Below, in pieces: positions 37,992 to 46,406 of a stretch of DNA of 64,000 nt (positions are counted from its first letter, which is position 1; every line of letters begins with the position of its first letter). Below the pieces are notes generated by a model. The model had not been told where the DNA came from, did not search any database, and worked only from the letters and a program-made list of their open reading frames with translations. Both the position numbers and the translations under genes were made by a program. This DNA is from Candidatus Collierbacteria bacterium GW2011_GWB2_45_17 (GTDB lineage: Bacteria; Patescibacteriota; Microgenomatia; UBA1400; MFAQ01), in the NCBI GenBank assembly GCA_001001485.1, contig LCKO01000006.1, positions 4,350 through 68,349 on the forward strand, read 5' to 3'.

Positions 37992-39762
37992 GGCGGAAGA
38001 GTTTTATTAATAGAATGATGGAGAACAAAGTAATTAAGTCTGAGAAAAGACGAACTTTGGTATAGCCAATTTTTGAGTAGACGGAGTGGGTGCCTTGATC
38101 AACACTAACGACGACTCTACCCAAGTCCGGATCAATTTCAGTCTTAACTTTTTTGCCGTCAATTTTGGTAACCAAACCCGGGAAAGTATATAAAGGCAAC
38201 ATCACTTTGGCTGAAGGAGAAGAGACATTCACTTCAAAGTTCATCCAGTTGGTGCCGGAGTGAAAATTAAGGACTCCGCCATAACCTTCAGAAAAAATAG
38301 GAATAGTAAAAGCCGGAGCGCCAGGTGGCTTGGGAGCTGACCTGGGTAAATAATCGAAGATGCCTCCGGTCACTTGATTTTCCCAACTGTGGCCGGATAA
38401 CTTTTCTTGAAGAGTCATTCTGACATGTCTTTCGAAGCGGAAGAAGGGCAGATTAAAGAAAATGATAAATAAAATAAGAATCGAAAATAAAATGGGTTTA
38501 AAAATCTTCGACAAATAGAGAGTCGAGAGATAGCCGGCGGCAAAGGAAAAGTAGAAAACTGTTAAAGCGACTAGTCGCCAAGGGAATTGAGAGTACTGGA
38601 GTATGCCAATTCTTTCCCAGATAGGGTTTGACCGGCTGTGAGTGAGGAAGGCATAAGCAAAACCAAAGGCAATGGTCATTAAGATCATGAGATTGATGGA
38701 GTGAGATTTACCCGCAAGGGGTATCCAGGAGAGCCACGTCGCTTCGCTCCTCGCAATGACGGATGTGGATGGAGTGAGATTCCTCGACTTCGCTCGGAAT
38801 GACATACGGAATACAGCCAATATAGCTGCGAGGATGGCACCGATCCATTGAATGTGTCCGATGGAAAAAGACATGCCGTCTTCCGGACCCCAAGTAGAGC
38901 CACCGTAACCCCAGAAGCGGGATAAAAATAACTGTTTGATATCGGCGAAATGGGCCAGATAGTTGAAGTAGCCAATGGTCATGGTGTCGACATGGACGAA
39001 TTTTTGCTCCAGAATTACCGGCAGAAAGAAAAAGGCTGAAAGACCGACACCTAGGAGACCGGCAAAAAAGAGATCTTTCATGGCGGTGAATTTATGGGTT
39101 TTCCACATCCAAAAAAGTGCCCAGATAATAGCCGTGGGAGCGAAGACCAGAGTCATAACGTTGTGAGAGGTTAGCTGGAGTGCCAGAGCGAGAGCGAGAA
39201 ATAAAAGATTTTGTTTGGGTTTGTCTTTGGTAATAAGACGATAAATATAGAGCAGGATGAAGGGGAACCAGACCATTCCCCAACCTTCATTCATGGCACC
39301 ACGCACATAAATATCGACCGAGTGATAAGGGGAGTAGACGTAGAGAATGGCGGAGAGAACCCCGCCCCATTTGCCAAAAAATTCTTTGGCTAGTAAATAC
39401 ATTCCCAGACCACTGAGGAAAAAAGCGAGGGCAAACATGACTTTGACGGGTAAGAAATAACCGGCTCCGAGAAGAACCATCAGTTCCATGGGATAGTAAG
39501 GCATGGGTGGATAAAACTGCATCAGGGGATAACCGTAGCCAAAACCCGGGTCAGGTACCCAACGGCAAGGAATTTGACCGTCTAAGACACATTTATGAAC
39601 CTCATAGAGTCGAAATACCTGAAGATCGTCGTGCATAGGGAAAAAGTTCGGTCGAAAAATATCCCACGCGGCCGGAACTATGAGAAGTAACAAAATTATT
39701 TCCAAGCGGAATCGCCAAATAAACTTTGACAAAGATATTAGCATGTGGGAAAGAAAGCGCAT
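37981..39762 (-). CDS. PTPS-related membrane protein (GT-C fold)
   Basis: MHDD, RWVPD.GFGYGYPL..FYPP, YVRGA..E and QFPWR motifs. Confidence 0.78.
   Translation of the reverse strand: MRFLSHMLISLSKFIWRFRLEIILLLLIVPAAWDIFRPNFFPMHDDLQVFRLYEVHKCVLDGQIPCRWVPDPGFGYGYPLMQFYPPMPYYPMELMVLLGAGYFLPVKVMFALAFFLSGLGMYLLAKEFFGKWGGVLSAILYVYSPYHSVDIYVRGAMNEGWGMVWFPFILLYIYRLITKDKPKQNLLFLALALALQLTSHNVMTLVFAPTAIIWALFWMWKTHKFTAMKDLFFAGLLGVGLSAFFFLPVILEQKFVHVDTMTIGYFNYLAHFADIKQLFLSRFWGYGGSTWGPEDGMSFSIGHIQWIGAILAAILAVFRMSFRAKSRNLTPSTSVIARSEATWLSWIPLAGKSHSINLMILMTIAFGFAYAFLTHSRSNPIWERIGILQYSQFPWRLVALTVFYFSFAAGYLSTLYLSKIFKPILFSILILFIIFFNLPFFRFERHVRMTLQEKLSGHSWENQVTGGIFDYLPRSAPKPPGAPAFTIPIFSEGYGGVLNFHSGTNWMNFEVNVSSPSAKVMLPLYTFPGLVTKIDGKKVKTEIDPDLGRVVVSVDQGTHSVYSKIGYTKVRLFSDLITLFSIILLIKLFRHDR
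38697..38803. repeat. In-frame tandem of two REP-like elements
   Basis: Composite copy at 38703-38761 and gagattcctcgacttcgctcggaatgac at 38776-38803. Together they encode MSFRAKSRNLTPSTSVIARSEATWLSWIPLAGKSHS. Confidence 0.9.
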
Positions 39763-39791
39763 GTGAGTTAATTATATACGGGGAAAGAGGG

Positions 39792-41294
39792 TTATTTTAA
39801 GCGGAAGAAGAGGAGGGACTCGTGAGTGCCGTCCAGTCTAGCCGACTTGGGATATTCTTTAATTAGTTCCAGTTTAGCCATTTCGGAAGCCGGCAGTTTA
39901 TTTCTAGAAGCGTTAATAATATAGAAGCGGAGATTGTCTTTGGAAGTATTTAATAATCCCGAGGGAATTTCGGTGTTGTGAGGGTCCGAGCCAACGATAG
40001 TGATATTTTTGTGACCTTCGGTATAGATTTGTAAACCATCAGGCAAGGTGCCAAAGAAACCCTCGGTAAAGACGACAACTTTGTTACCATTGGCCTCTTC
40101 ATTGAGAATATAAGTAGCGATTTCTTTTTGACCGTAACCGGCAGTCCATTCTTCGAGATAACCACTACGCATATCAAAGGACATGGGAGCGGCGGTGGGT
40201 TTCAAGAGATAGACAAAGGTGATTATCAGGGGAACGGAAATAAAGATTATTATCGAGGCTTTGATAAGGAGCCCTTTCCGACTAAAAAGCCAGTGAAGAC
40301 CGAGACCGGCTATAGGAATTAAAGGCAGGGTGGTATAAAGAATGTAACGACTAGTGTAGACTCTGGCAATAGCCGCTTGAAAAAGTAGCGGTAAAAGGGA
40401 AACTAGTATTAAAAAAAGATATGACCGCCTGGTTTGGGAATTTAAATAACCCAAGACACCGAGTAGTAGGACAGTGGGAGTCAAAAGGAGAAATAACCAG
40501 TTACCGGTTTTTTGAAGATTTTCGATAAGAGGAACAGTTGGGTGGCTGAGAACCTCTTTAACGGTGTAGACGTAGTCGCCGTTTCTGGTGCCGATCATCT
40601 GGAAACCAACCCCCAAACGGAGAACATTGTACATGGCTTGGGAAATAACTAATGCCAAAAACAAACCCCAAAGGAGTCTGGCTAAAGTAGTTAACTTTAA
40701 TTTTTTAAAGTCGAGGAAGAACAGAGCGGTGACAATAACCCACACATAATAAACAGAGGCGGGTGACTTGGTTAGAAGTCCCCCGCCGATAGCAAAGCCA
40801 AGATACATGGCATACTCAATCTGGAGTGTCTTGACAAATTTGATAGCAAAGATCAGAGACCAGATACCAAACATAGCCAGAAGACTATCCGCCAAGGCCA
40901 TGCGGTCGAAGAACATAGTGAAAGGAATGATGGCGTAGAGGAAAGAGCTAAAAAGGGCGATGTAAACTTCGGCAAAAAGAACGTAGGCCAGAACGCCAAC
41001 GCCGATGAGCGACCCAAGTCCGGCGACGACCGAAAGTAGACGGCCGGCAATAAGAGGATCGGACGTTAACTTAAGAAAGGGTATGGTGGTCCACATAAAG
41101 AGTGGTTGTTTGCCGTCCTGAAGCGGTAGGAAACGGAGGGTTGGTTCCGACCTCATGACTTGCGACCAACGAACATAAATAGCTTCGTCAACAAAGACCG
41201 GAATCTCATTTAATCGATAGAGACGAAAAAATAAAAAAAGAATCAGAGAAATAATGGATATTCCAATTAGCCAAAGTATATTATTTTTGGTCAT
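39792..41294 (-). CDS. GT-C (PMT_2-like) glycosyltransferase
   Basis: PVFVDEAIYVRW, DGKQPL and FFDRMALAD motifs. Confidence 0.8.
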   Translation of the reverse strand: MTKNNILWLIGISIISLILFLFFRLYRLNEIPVFVDEAIYVRWSQVMRSEPTLRFLPLQDGKQPLFMWTTIPFLKLTSDPLIAGRLLSVVAGLGSLIGVGVLAYVLFAEVYIALFSSFLYAIIPFTMFFDRMALADSLLAMFGIWSLIFAIKFVKTLQIEYAMYLGFAIGGGLLTKSPASVYYVWVIVTALFFLDFKKLKLTTLARLLWGLFLALVISQAMYNVLRLGVGFQMIGTRNGDYVYTVKEVLSHPTVPLIENLQKTGNWLFLLLTPTVLLLGVLGYLNSQTRRSYLFLILVSLLPLLFQAAIARVYTSRYILYTTLPLIPIAGLGLHWLFSRKGLLIKASIIIFISVPLIITFVYLLKPTAAPMSFDMRSGYLEEWTAGYGQKEIATYILNEEANGNKVVVFTEGFFGTLPDGLQIYTEGHKNITIVGSDPHNTEIPSGLLNTSKDNLRFYIINASRNKLPASEMAKLELIKEYPKSARLDGTHESLLFFRLK

Positions 41295-42039
41295 ATTTGC
41301 CTTGTATATCATTTTTCTTGACTTGAATGATTTGCATCAACATATCGATGGACTCAAAAACAAAACCTCTCTGCTTGCTGTTGGAAGTGTCTTCGTCTTT
41401 CCAAGTGACATCGACTTCTTTGAGTTTATATCCAAATTTTTCGGCCAGAAATAGAAGCTCGACATCAAAAGCGGAAACGGTCCAACCTTTTGAAGCAACT
41501 TTTTTGGTCAAGACTGAAAGAATTGGAAAAATTCTCTTGGCGGCTGTCAGCTTCATAGCTTTGAAACCACACTGGGTATCGATGACGTCGTGAAGAAGCA
41601 TGGCTCCTCTAATAGAGCGAAAAGTCCAGGAAGCAATCTGGCGCAGTAAGGGAAAATTTTTCCGCATCTTACCTCTGGAGCCAAAGACGACATCAAAGCC
41701 TCGATCAAACCACGGTAGTAATTTTTCGATCTCTTTCAAGGGAGTGGATTGGTCCATGTCGGTGTAGAGAACTATTTCTCCTTTAGCTACTTGAATGCCG
41801 TTCCAGATACCGGCGGCTTTACCTCCGTGCTGGCCTCGGATCAGCCGGAAATTGGAATGAGTTTTAACAAAATTTTTAATAATGACATCTCCCCCATCAG
41901 TTGAACCATCGTCGTTGATGATGACCTCCCAGTCAAATCTTACCGTAGACAAGAAAGAGTTCATTTCATCGAGTACTCCCCTTTTGAGATTGGCGTGTTC
42001 GTTGTAGTTACTGAGAATTATGGAAAGTTTGGGGGTCAT
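41281..42039 (-). CDS. GT2 polyprenyl-phosphate glycosyltransferase (ALG5-like)
   Basis: DDGSTD, YTDMDQST, DTQCGFK and FDVELL motifs. Confidence 0.88.
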   Translation of the reverse strand: MTPKLSIILSNYNEHANLKRGVLDEMNSFLSTVRFDWEVIINDDGSTDGGDVIIKNFVKTHSNFRLIRGQHGGKAAGIWNGIQVAKGEIVLYTDMDQSTPLKEIEKLLPWFDRGFDVVFGSRGKMRKNFPLLRQIASWTFRSIRGAMLLHDVIDTQCGFKAMKLTAAKRIFPILSVLTKKVASKGWTVSAFDVELLFLAEKFGYKLKEVDVTWKDEDTSNSKQRGFVFESIDMLMQIIQVKKNDIQGKYDQK

Positions 42040-42581
42040 TTAAAAAGGTTGGCTTGGTAGTATTTTAACTCATCGATGGACTCTAAAATGTCGCCTTTGG
42101 CTCGGTGAGGCTCCATCTTGGGATAGTCGGGGATGTTGGGGTACCAGCGGTGCAGAAGCTCCTTTATGGTGTTGGTGTCGACAATCCGATAATGGACAAA
42201 GTCGTAGAGCTTGGGCAGGTAGATTCTCAAAAATTCCCGATCAATGTAAATCGAAGAGCCGGCCAGTAAAGCCGTATGAGGAGCGCAGTACTTTCTTAAA
42301 AAATCCAATGTCTCTGCTTCTGCTTGAGCAATGGTAATCGAAGACCTCCGAATCTCCTCCAGCAGTCCGGACTGGCTGAAGTGTTCTCTGTTCCACCGAG
42401 CCATACCGGTAAGAGTCGATTCCGGCTGATGAATAACCAGGTCCGGCCCCGTGCCAAGCACTTTCAAACTTCCATCGGTAACCACAGTAGCAATTTCGAC
42501 GATGACGCCTTTATTAACATCCAAATCGGTAAATTCCAGATCGAGCCAGATCAGTGGTGAGCTGGGTAAAGTAGAACTCAT
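42036..42581 (-). CDS. orn: Oligoribonuclease
   Basis: LIWLDLEFT, IVEIATVVTD, HYRIVD, and HRA..DILESIDELKYY (DEDDh). Confidence 0.92.
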   Translation of the reverse strand: MSSTLPSSPLIWLDLEFTDLDVNKGVIVEIATVVTDGSLKVLGTGPDLVIHQPESTLTGMARWNREHFSQSGLLEEIRRSSITIAQAEAETLDFLRKYCAPHTALLAGSSIYIDREFLRIYLPKLYDFVHYRIVDTNTIKELLHRWYPNIPDYPKMEPHRAKGDILESIDELKYYQANLFK

Positions 42582-44065
42582 TTGGTGTGAACTAAGCGAT
42601 AAATTTTTAAATAATCAATGTTCCACTGACCCTCTACGTGAGAAGGGCCGAAGACGGCGATCTGCCAAGCGGGATGGCCTTCCGGCTGACAGCTATCCCC
42701 ATCTTCACAGATAACAAAAAGTTGGTCGACTATCCTTTCCTCACCTCTCACTAAATTGGCTTTTTTGTTCTCCAAGAAATAGCGGTAAGACTCATCGTAG
42801 TTTTGCTTAGCAATGAGACCGAAGTTAAAAGATTCGCCTTTTGACTCTTGAATAATCAGATCGACGGTGGCTGAAGTGCGCCAGAGTTGGCGATTGGGAT
42901 TTTCTTTGACTGGGCTAAAAATCAAACTGTAAGAAAATAGAAAAATTATTAAGGTCAATGAAAAAAATTTAAGAACAAGATTTTTTTCAAAAAGGAAACC
43001 GAAGACCGCGCCGAGCAATAAATAGATGGCAGGATAAATAAAGCCCAGATAGTGAACGTAGACATGTTGTTTATAAACACTCAGACCGAGAATTGCAAAA
43101 CCCAACCAAACAAAAAGTAATTTTAACGATGATTGCCACTTTGATTTAATAAAGACCAGGATCGAGAGGATAAAAACCATGATGGCGGTGAAAGGAGCCA
43201 GCAGTGTCTGACGCGCCAACACCATATCGGAGACCGTCATGAGGATTGTCGGCAAGAAACGATCCGATCGGACGGGATTGAGGTTGACCGTAGTTTGTCG
43301 GTCGGTAAAAAAGGCACGAAAGGCGTTGAAGTTTAGCCATTGATGTTTAATGTCAAAGAGGAGTAAAGGCGACATTAAAATCAAAAAACTCAAAAAACCA
43401 AATAAAGAAAAACGTAAAAAACTTTTTTTGGATTTTAGATCTTTGGATTTATTGATAGAAATCAAAGTAAAGAGCCAGAAAAGACCGAGAACCGGAATGA
43501 GGAGTAGTCCGAGATAGTGCATCTGCAAGGCAAAGGCGAAGAAAATACCGACTAAAGATAACCAGAAATATTTTTTATTTCTCCAAACTTCATAAATTCC
43601 CCAAATACAAAGCAAGGAGAAAAGGGGCATGGGGTTCGGGTTCCAAGAAGAACGAGAATAGATAATGGCGACCGGTGAAACGGCATACAAAAGAGCGGCC
43701 ACGACTCCGGCGGATTTGCTAAACCAAACTCGACCAACAAACCAGGTAAGCCAAACGGTCAGAGTTCCGATTAGAGCGACCGCTATGGCAGGGCCGATGG
43801 GACTAAGACGAGAAAGCAGCAAAGCAGGGGCCATCAGATAGTAATAGAGGGGGCCAAGGTACATGTTACCAATGCTGGTTTGGGGGCCAATGAAGACCAG
43901 ATTTCCTTTGGTAACGAGATCCCGAACGATGCGAACGTCACGCCCTTCGTCTCCCAAGAAAGTCATAAAATCACCAATACGATACAGACGAAGGAACAAG
44001 GCGAGAAGTAAAATTAAAATCAACAAGACCGACTCGAATTTGTTTTTTTTGATGAAGTCGATCAT
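42578..44065 (-). CDS. GT-C (PMT_2/ArnT-like) glycosyltransferase
   Basis: FLGDEGRD, YLGPLYYY and SRSSWNPN motifs. Confidence 0.82.
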   Translation of the reverse strand: MIDFIKKNKFESVLLILILLLALFLRLYRIGDFMTFLGDEGRDVRIVRDLVTKGNLVFIGPQTSIGNMYLGPLYYYLMAPALLLSRLSPIGPAIAVALIGTLTVWLTWFVGRVWFSKSAGVVAALLYAVSPVAIIYSRSSWNPNPMPLFSLLCIWGIYEVWRNKKYFWLSLVGIFFAFALQMHYLGLLLIPVLGLFWLFTLISINKSKDLKSKKSFLRFSLFGFLSFLILMSPLLLFDIKHQWLNFNAFRAFFTDRQTTVNLNPVRSDRFLPTILMTVSDMVLARQTLLAPFTAIMVFILSILVFIKSKWQSSLKLLFVWLGFAILGLSVYKQHVYVHYLGFIYPAIYLLLGAVFGFLFEKNLVLKFFSLTLIIFLFSYSLIFSPVKENPNRQLWRTSATVDLIIQESKGESFNFGLIAKQNYDESYRYFLENKKANLVRGEERIVDQLFVICEDGDSCQPEGHPAWQIAVFGPSHVEGQWNIDYLKIYRLVHTK

Positions 44066-44772
44066 TTTAACTTGTACCAGAGTCTAAATAAATCGACAAA
44101 GCTTTGGATGATAACATCCATGTTCGCGCCGGTGCCTTCTCCTTGGCGGCGAGGGAAATGATTGACGCCGATTTCGACAATTTTAAAACCGGCCTTTTGG
44201 GCTTTGATGAGAAACTCACTACTGATAAAAGCACCTCGCTCGCTTTGAAGAGGCTCAATTTTTTCCAATACTTTTTTGGAAATGAGTTTGAAGCCGCAGT
44301 CAATGTCTCTCACCGATAAGCCGAAAAGAATCTTGACGAAGATCTGCCAGGCAAAAGTATTTATTTTTCTTGAAAGCGAAACTTTTCTACTTAAGTAATA
44401 GCCGATGACCAGGTCGGCACCAGTCTCCGCCTGAGTAGCCAACAAGCGACTGATTTCCGAAAAGTCGAACTGACCATCCGAATCGATGAAAGAAATCCAG
44501 GGGTACCGACAGGCATAGAGACCACTTTTAAGGGCCGCGCCGTACCCTCGGTTGGGGTGATGGTGGATGACCGAGATGTTTTTGTCTTGATGACTAAGAT
44601 TGTCGGCAATTTCCCCGGTCTTATCTCTTGAACCGTCATTAACAATAATCAGTTCCCATTCCGAAACATTTTTTTCCAGATTTTCGACTACGTTTTTGAC
44701 CGTATTTTTGAGACTGGCTTCTTCGTTATACGCCGGCAGAAAGACAGACAATTTTTCTATTTGTCGCGACAT
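44062..44772 (-). CDS. GT2 glycosyltransferase
   Basis: PAYNEE, NRGYGAAL, DSDGQFD and DIDCGFK motifs. Confidence 0.88.
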   Translation of the reverse strand: MSRQIEKLSVFLPAYNEEASLKNTVKNVVENLEKNVSEWELIIVNDGSRDKTGEIADNLSHQDKNISVIHHHPNRGYGAALKSGLYACRYPWISFIDSDGQFDFSEISRLLATQAETGADLVIGYYLSRKVSLSRKINTFAWQIFVKILFGLSVRDIDCGFKLISKKVLEKIEPLQSERGAFISSEFLIKAQKAGFKIVEIGVNHFPRRQGEGTGANMDVIIQSFVDLFRLWYKLK

Positions 44773-44779
44773 ATTCACC

Positions 44780-44789
44780 AGTATATACT
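44780..44789. promoter_or_regulatory. Palindromic AGTATATACT giving a TATACT -10 box on each strand
   Basis: Lies 7 nt before the ATG at 44772 (-) and 8 nt before the ATG at 44798 (+). Confidence 0.55.
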
Positions 44790-44797
44790 AGAGGTAG

Positions 44798-45913
44798 ATG
44801 AAACGAACGTATTTATTCTTGTTGTCGGCCTTGTTTACGTTGGCAATATGGATTCCTTTTGGACTAAAAATGAAACTTCCCCTTTGGGGTTTGGACTTCT
44901 CCGAAGGGACTAAAATCCTTTGGCAAAATTACGACGGACCAAACTACTTGATTGTAGAAAAAACTTGGTACGACAAAGAAATGATTAAGACTTCGTTCTC
45001 GACTACTGAACCGACCGAGTATTTCCCGGCACACTTTCCTCTTTATCCGGCGGTAATTTCTGTATTTGATCCATTTCTAAAAGGTCCAAGCGCCATGCTC
45101 TTAGCCACTCTTATTGGATCCGTTCTCTGTTTCTTGATGTTTTATAAATATTTATTGGAATTTAAATTAAGTGTTGATCCGTTCTGGCTGACTTTAGTAT
45201 TTATGATTTTTCCCGCCAGATGGTTGGCTCTAAGAGGGGTGGGCTCACCCGAACCATGGTTTATTTTGTTTATTCTGGCTAGTCTTTTTTACTTTAAAAA
45301 AGAGAAATACATACTGGCAGGAATATTTGGAGCTTTAGCTCAACTAACAAAAAGCCCGGCAGTGATACTATTGGCCGCTTACGGAATATTTGCTATTGTT
45401 CAGTCAATTAAAGAGAAAAAGATTCAGTGGAAATATTGGCCTCTGCTACTTCAGGCTTTAGCTGTCGTTGGTTTATTTTTGTTTTTCAAAATCAGAACCG
45501 ATGACTTATTGGCTTATCTCCATAGTGGTGATAATATTCATCTTTTTTGGCCACCGTTTAGTGTGTTTGCTCCAAAGGGGCAAGTATGGGTGGGAAATTT
45601 CTGGCTGGAAGATATTATCTGGACCTGGTTGGTTTTCGGAATTGGAATTATGAAACTCAAAGAAAAGAAATTGGATATTGAGTATTACTTTGCCGGATTA
45701 TTTTTTCTGTCGACTCTCTTTATTGCTCATAGGGATATCAGTAGATATATTTTACCCGCGACTCCATTAGTTCTTATCGGTTGGGATAATCTGGTACACA
45801 AAAAAGAATTCAAATTAATTGCTTGCTTACTGATATTCCCGATCTTTCTGTTTACTTGGAACTTCTTGCTGAACAACACCGCCCCAATAGCCGATTGGGC
45901 ACCATATTTGTGA
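44798..45913 (+). CDS. PIG-V-like GT-C membrane glycosyltransferase
   Basis: NYDGPNY, AHFPLYP and GSPEPWF motifs. Multi-TM. Confidence 0.7.
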   Translation: MKRTYLFLLSALFTLAIWIPFGLKMKLPLWGLDFSEGTKILWQNYDGPNYLIVEKTWYDKEMIKTSFSTTEPTEYFPAHFPLYPAVISVFDPFLKGPSAMLLATLIGSVLCFLMFYKYLLEFKLSVDPFWLTLVFMIFPARWLALRGVGSPEPWFILFILASLFYFKKEKYILAGIFGALAQLTKSPAVILLAAYGIFAIVQSIKEKKIQWKYWPLLLQALAVVGLFLFFKIRTDDLLAYLHSGDNIHLFWPPFSVFAPKGQVWVGNFWLEDIIWTWLVFGIGIMKLKEKKLDIEYYFAGLFFLSTLFIAHRDISRYILPATPLVLIGWDNLVHKKEFKLIACLLIFPIFLFTWNFLLNNTAPIADWAPYL

Positions 45914-45925
45914 AACAAATATGGA

Positions 45926-45991
45926 AAGAACTCAAGGAATCAAGGACACAAGAACTCAAGACAGGCAAAATATTAAACAAAAGAACTCAAG
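45926..45991 (+). repeat. Octamer array (AAGAACTC-like) upstream of the four-helix-bundle gene
   Basis: aagaactc aaggaatc aaggacac aagaactc aagac, plus one more copy at 45981. Confidence 0.85.
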
Positions 45992-46000
45992 GCAATTAAA

Positions 46001-46354
46001 GTGATAAGTACAAAGCAAAGACTGGAAGATAGATTGCCAATTTTATTACGGTCGGTCGTTCGATTGTGCAAAAAATATCAGACTGAATTAATTGCCAAAA
46101 GAATTATTCCACAGCTCGTCGCTTCAATCGGGTCGATTGGTGCAAACTATCAAGAGGCTACGGCCGCGATGAGTAAGAAGGACTTTGTTAAATGTCTTAA
46201 GATCGCACGAAAGGAAGCTCGAGAAAGTATCATTTGGTTAGAAGGAATGGACGAATTGTCTGATGGTGCAGATAAACAAATTCCAGAAATAACTCAAGAG
46301 GTAAAAGAGGTGAGTTATATTCTTACAAGTATTATCTCGAAAACTGAGTCTTAA
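46001..46354 (+). CDS. Four-helix-bundle protein (23S rRNA IVP / Avd-like family)
   Basis: QLVASIGSIGANYQEA..AMSKKDFVKCLKIARKEARES..WL signature. Confidence 0.9.
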   Translation: MISTKQRLEDRLPILLRSVVRLCKKYQTELIAKRIIPQLVASIGSIGANYQEATAAMSKKDFVKCLKIARKEARESIIWLEGMDELSDGADKQIPEITQEVKEVSYILTSIISKTES

Positions 46355-46362
46355 CCTTTTTC

Positions 46363-46406
46363 TTTACTTGTCTTGAGTTCTAGATTCCTCGAGTTCTTGA
46401 GTTCTT
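46363..46406 (-). repeat. Inverted octamer array downstream of the four-helix-bundle gene
   Basis: Reverse complement reads aagaactc aagaactc gaggaatc tagaactc aagacaagtaaa. Confidence 0.85.

Noticed and set aside
2871-46354. Diversity-generating retroelement suggested by the Avd-like genes
   Set aside because: No reverse transcriptase, and I saw no template/variable repeat pair differing at adenines.
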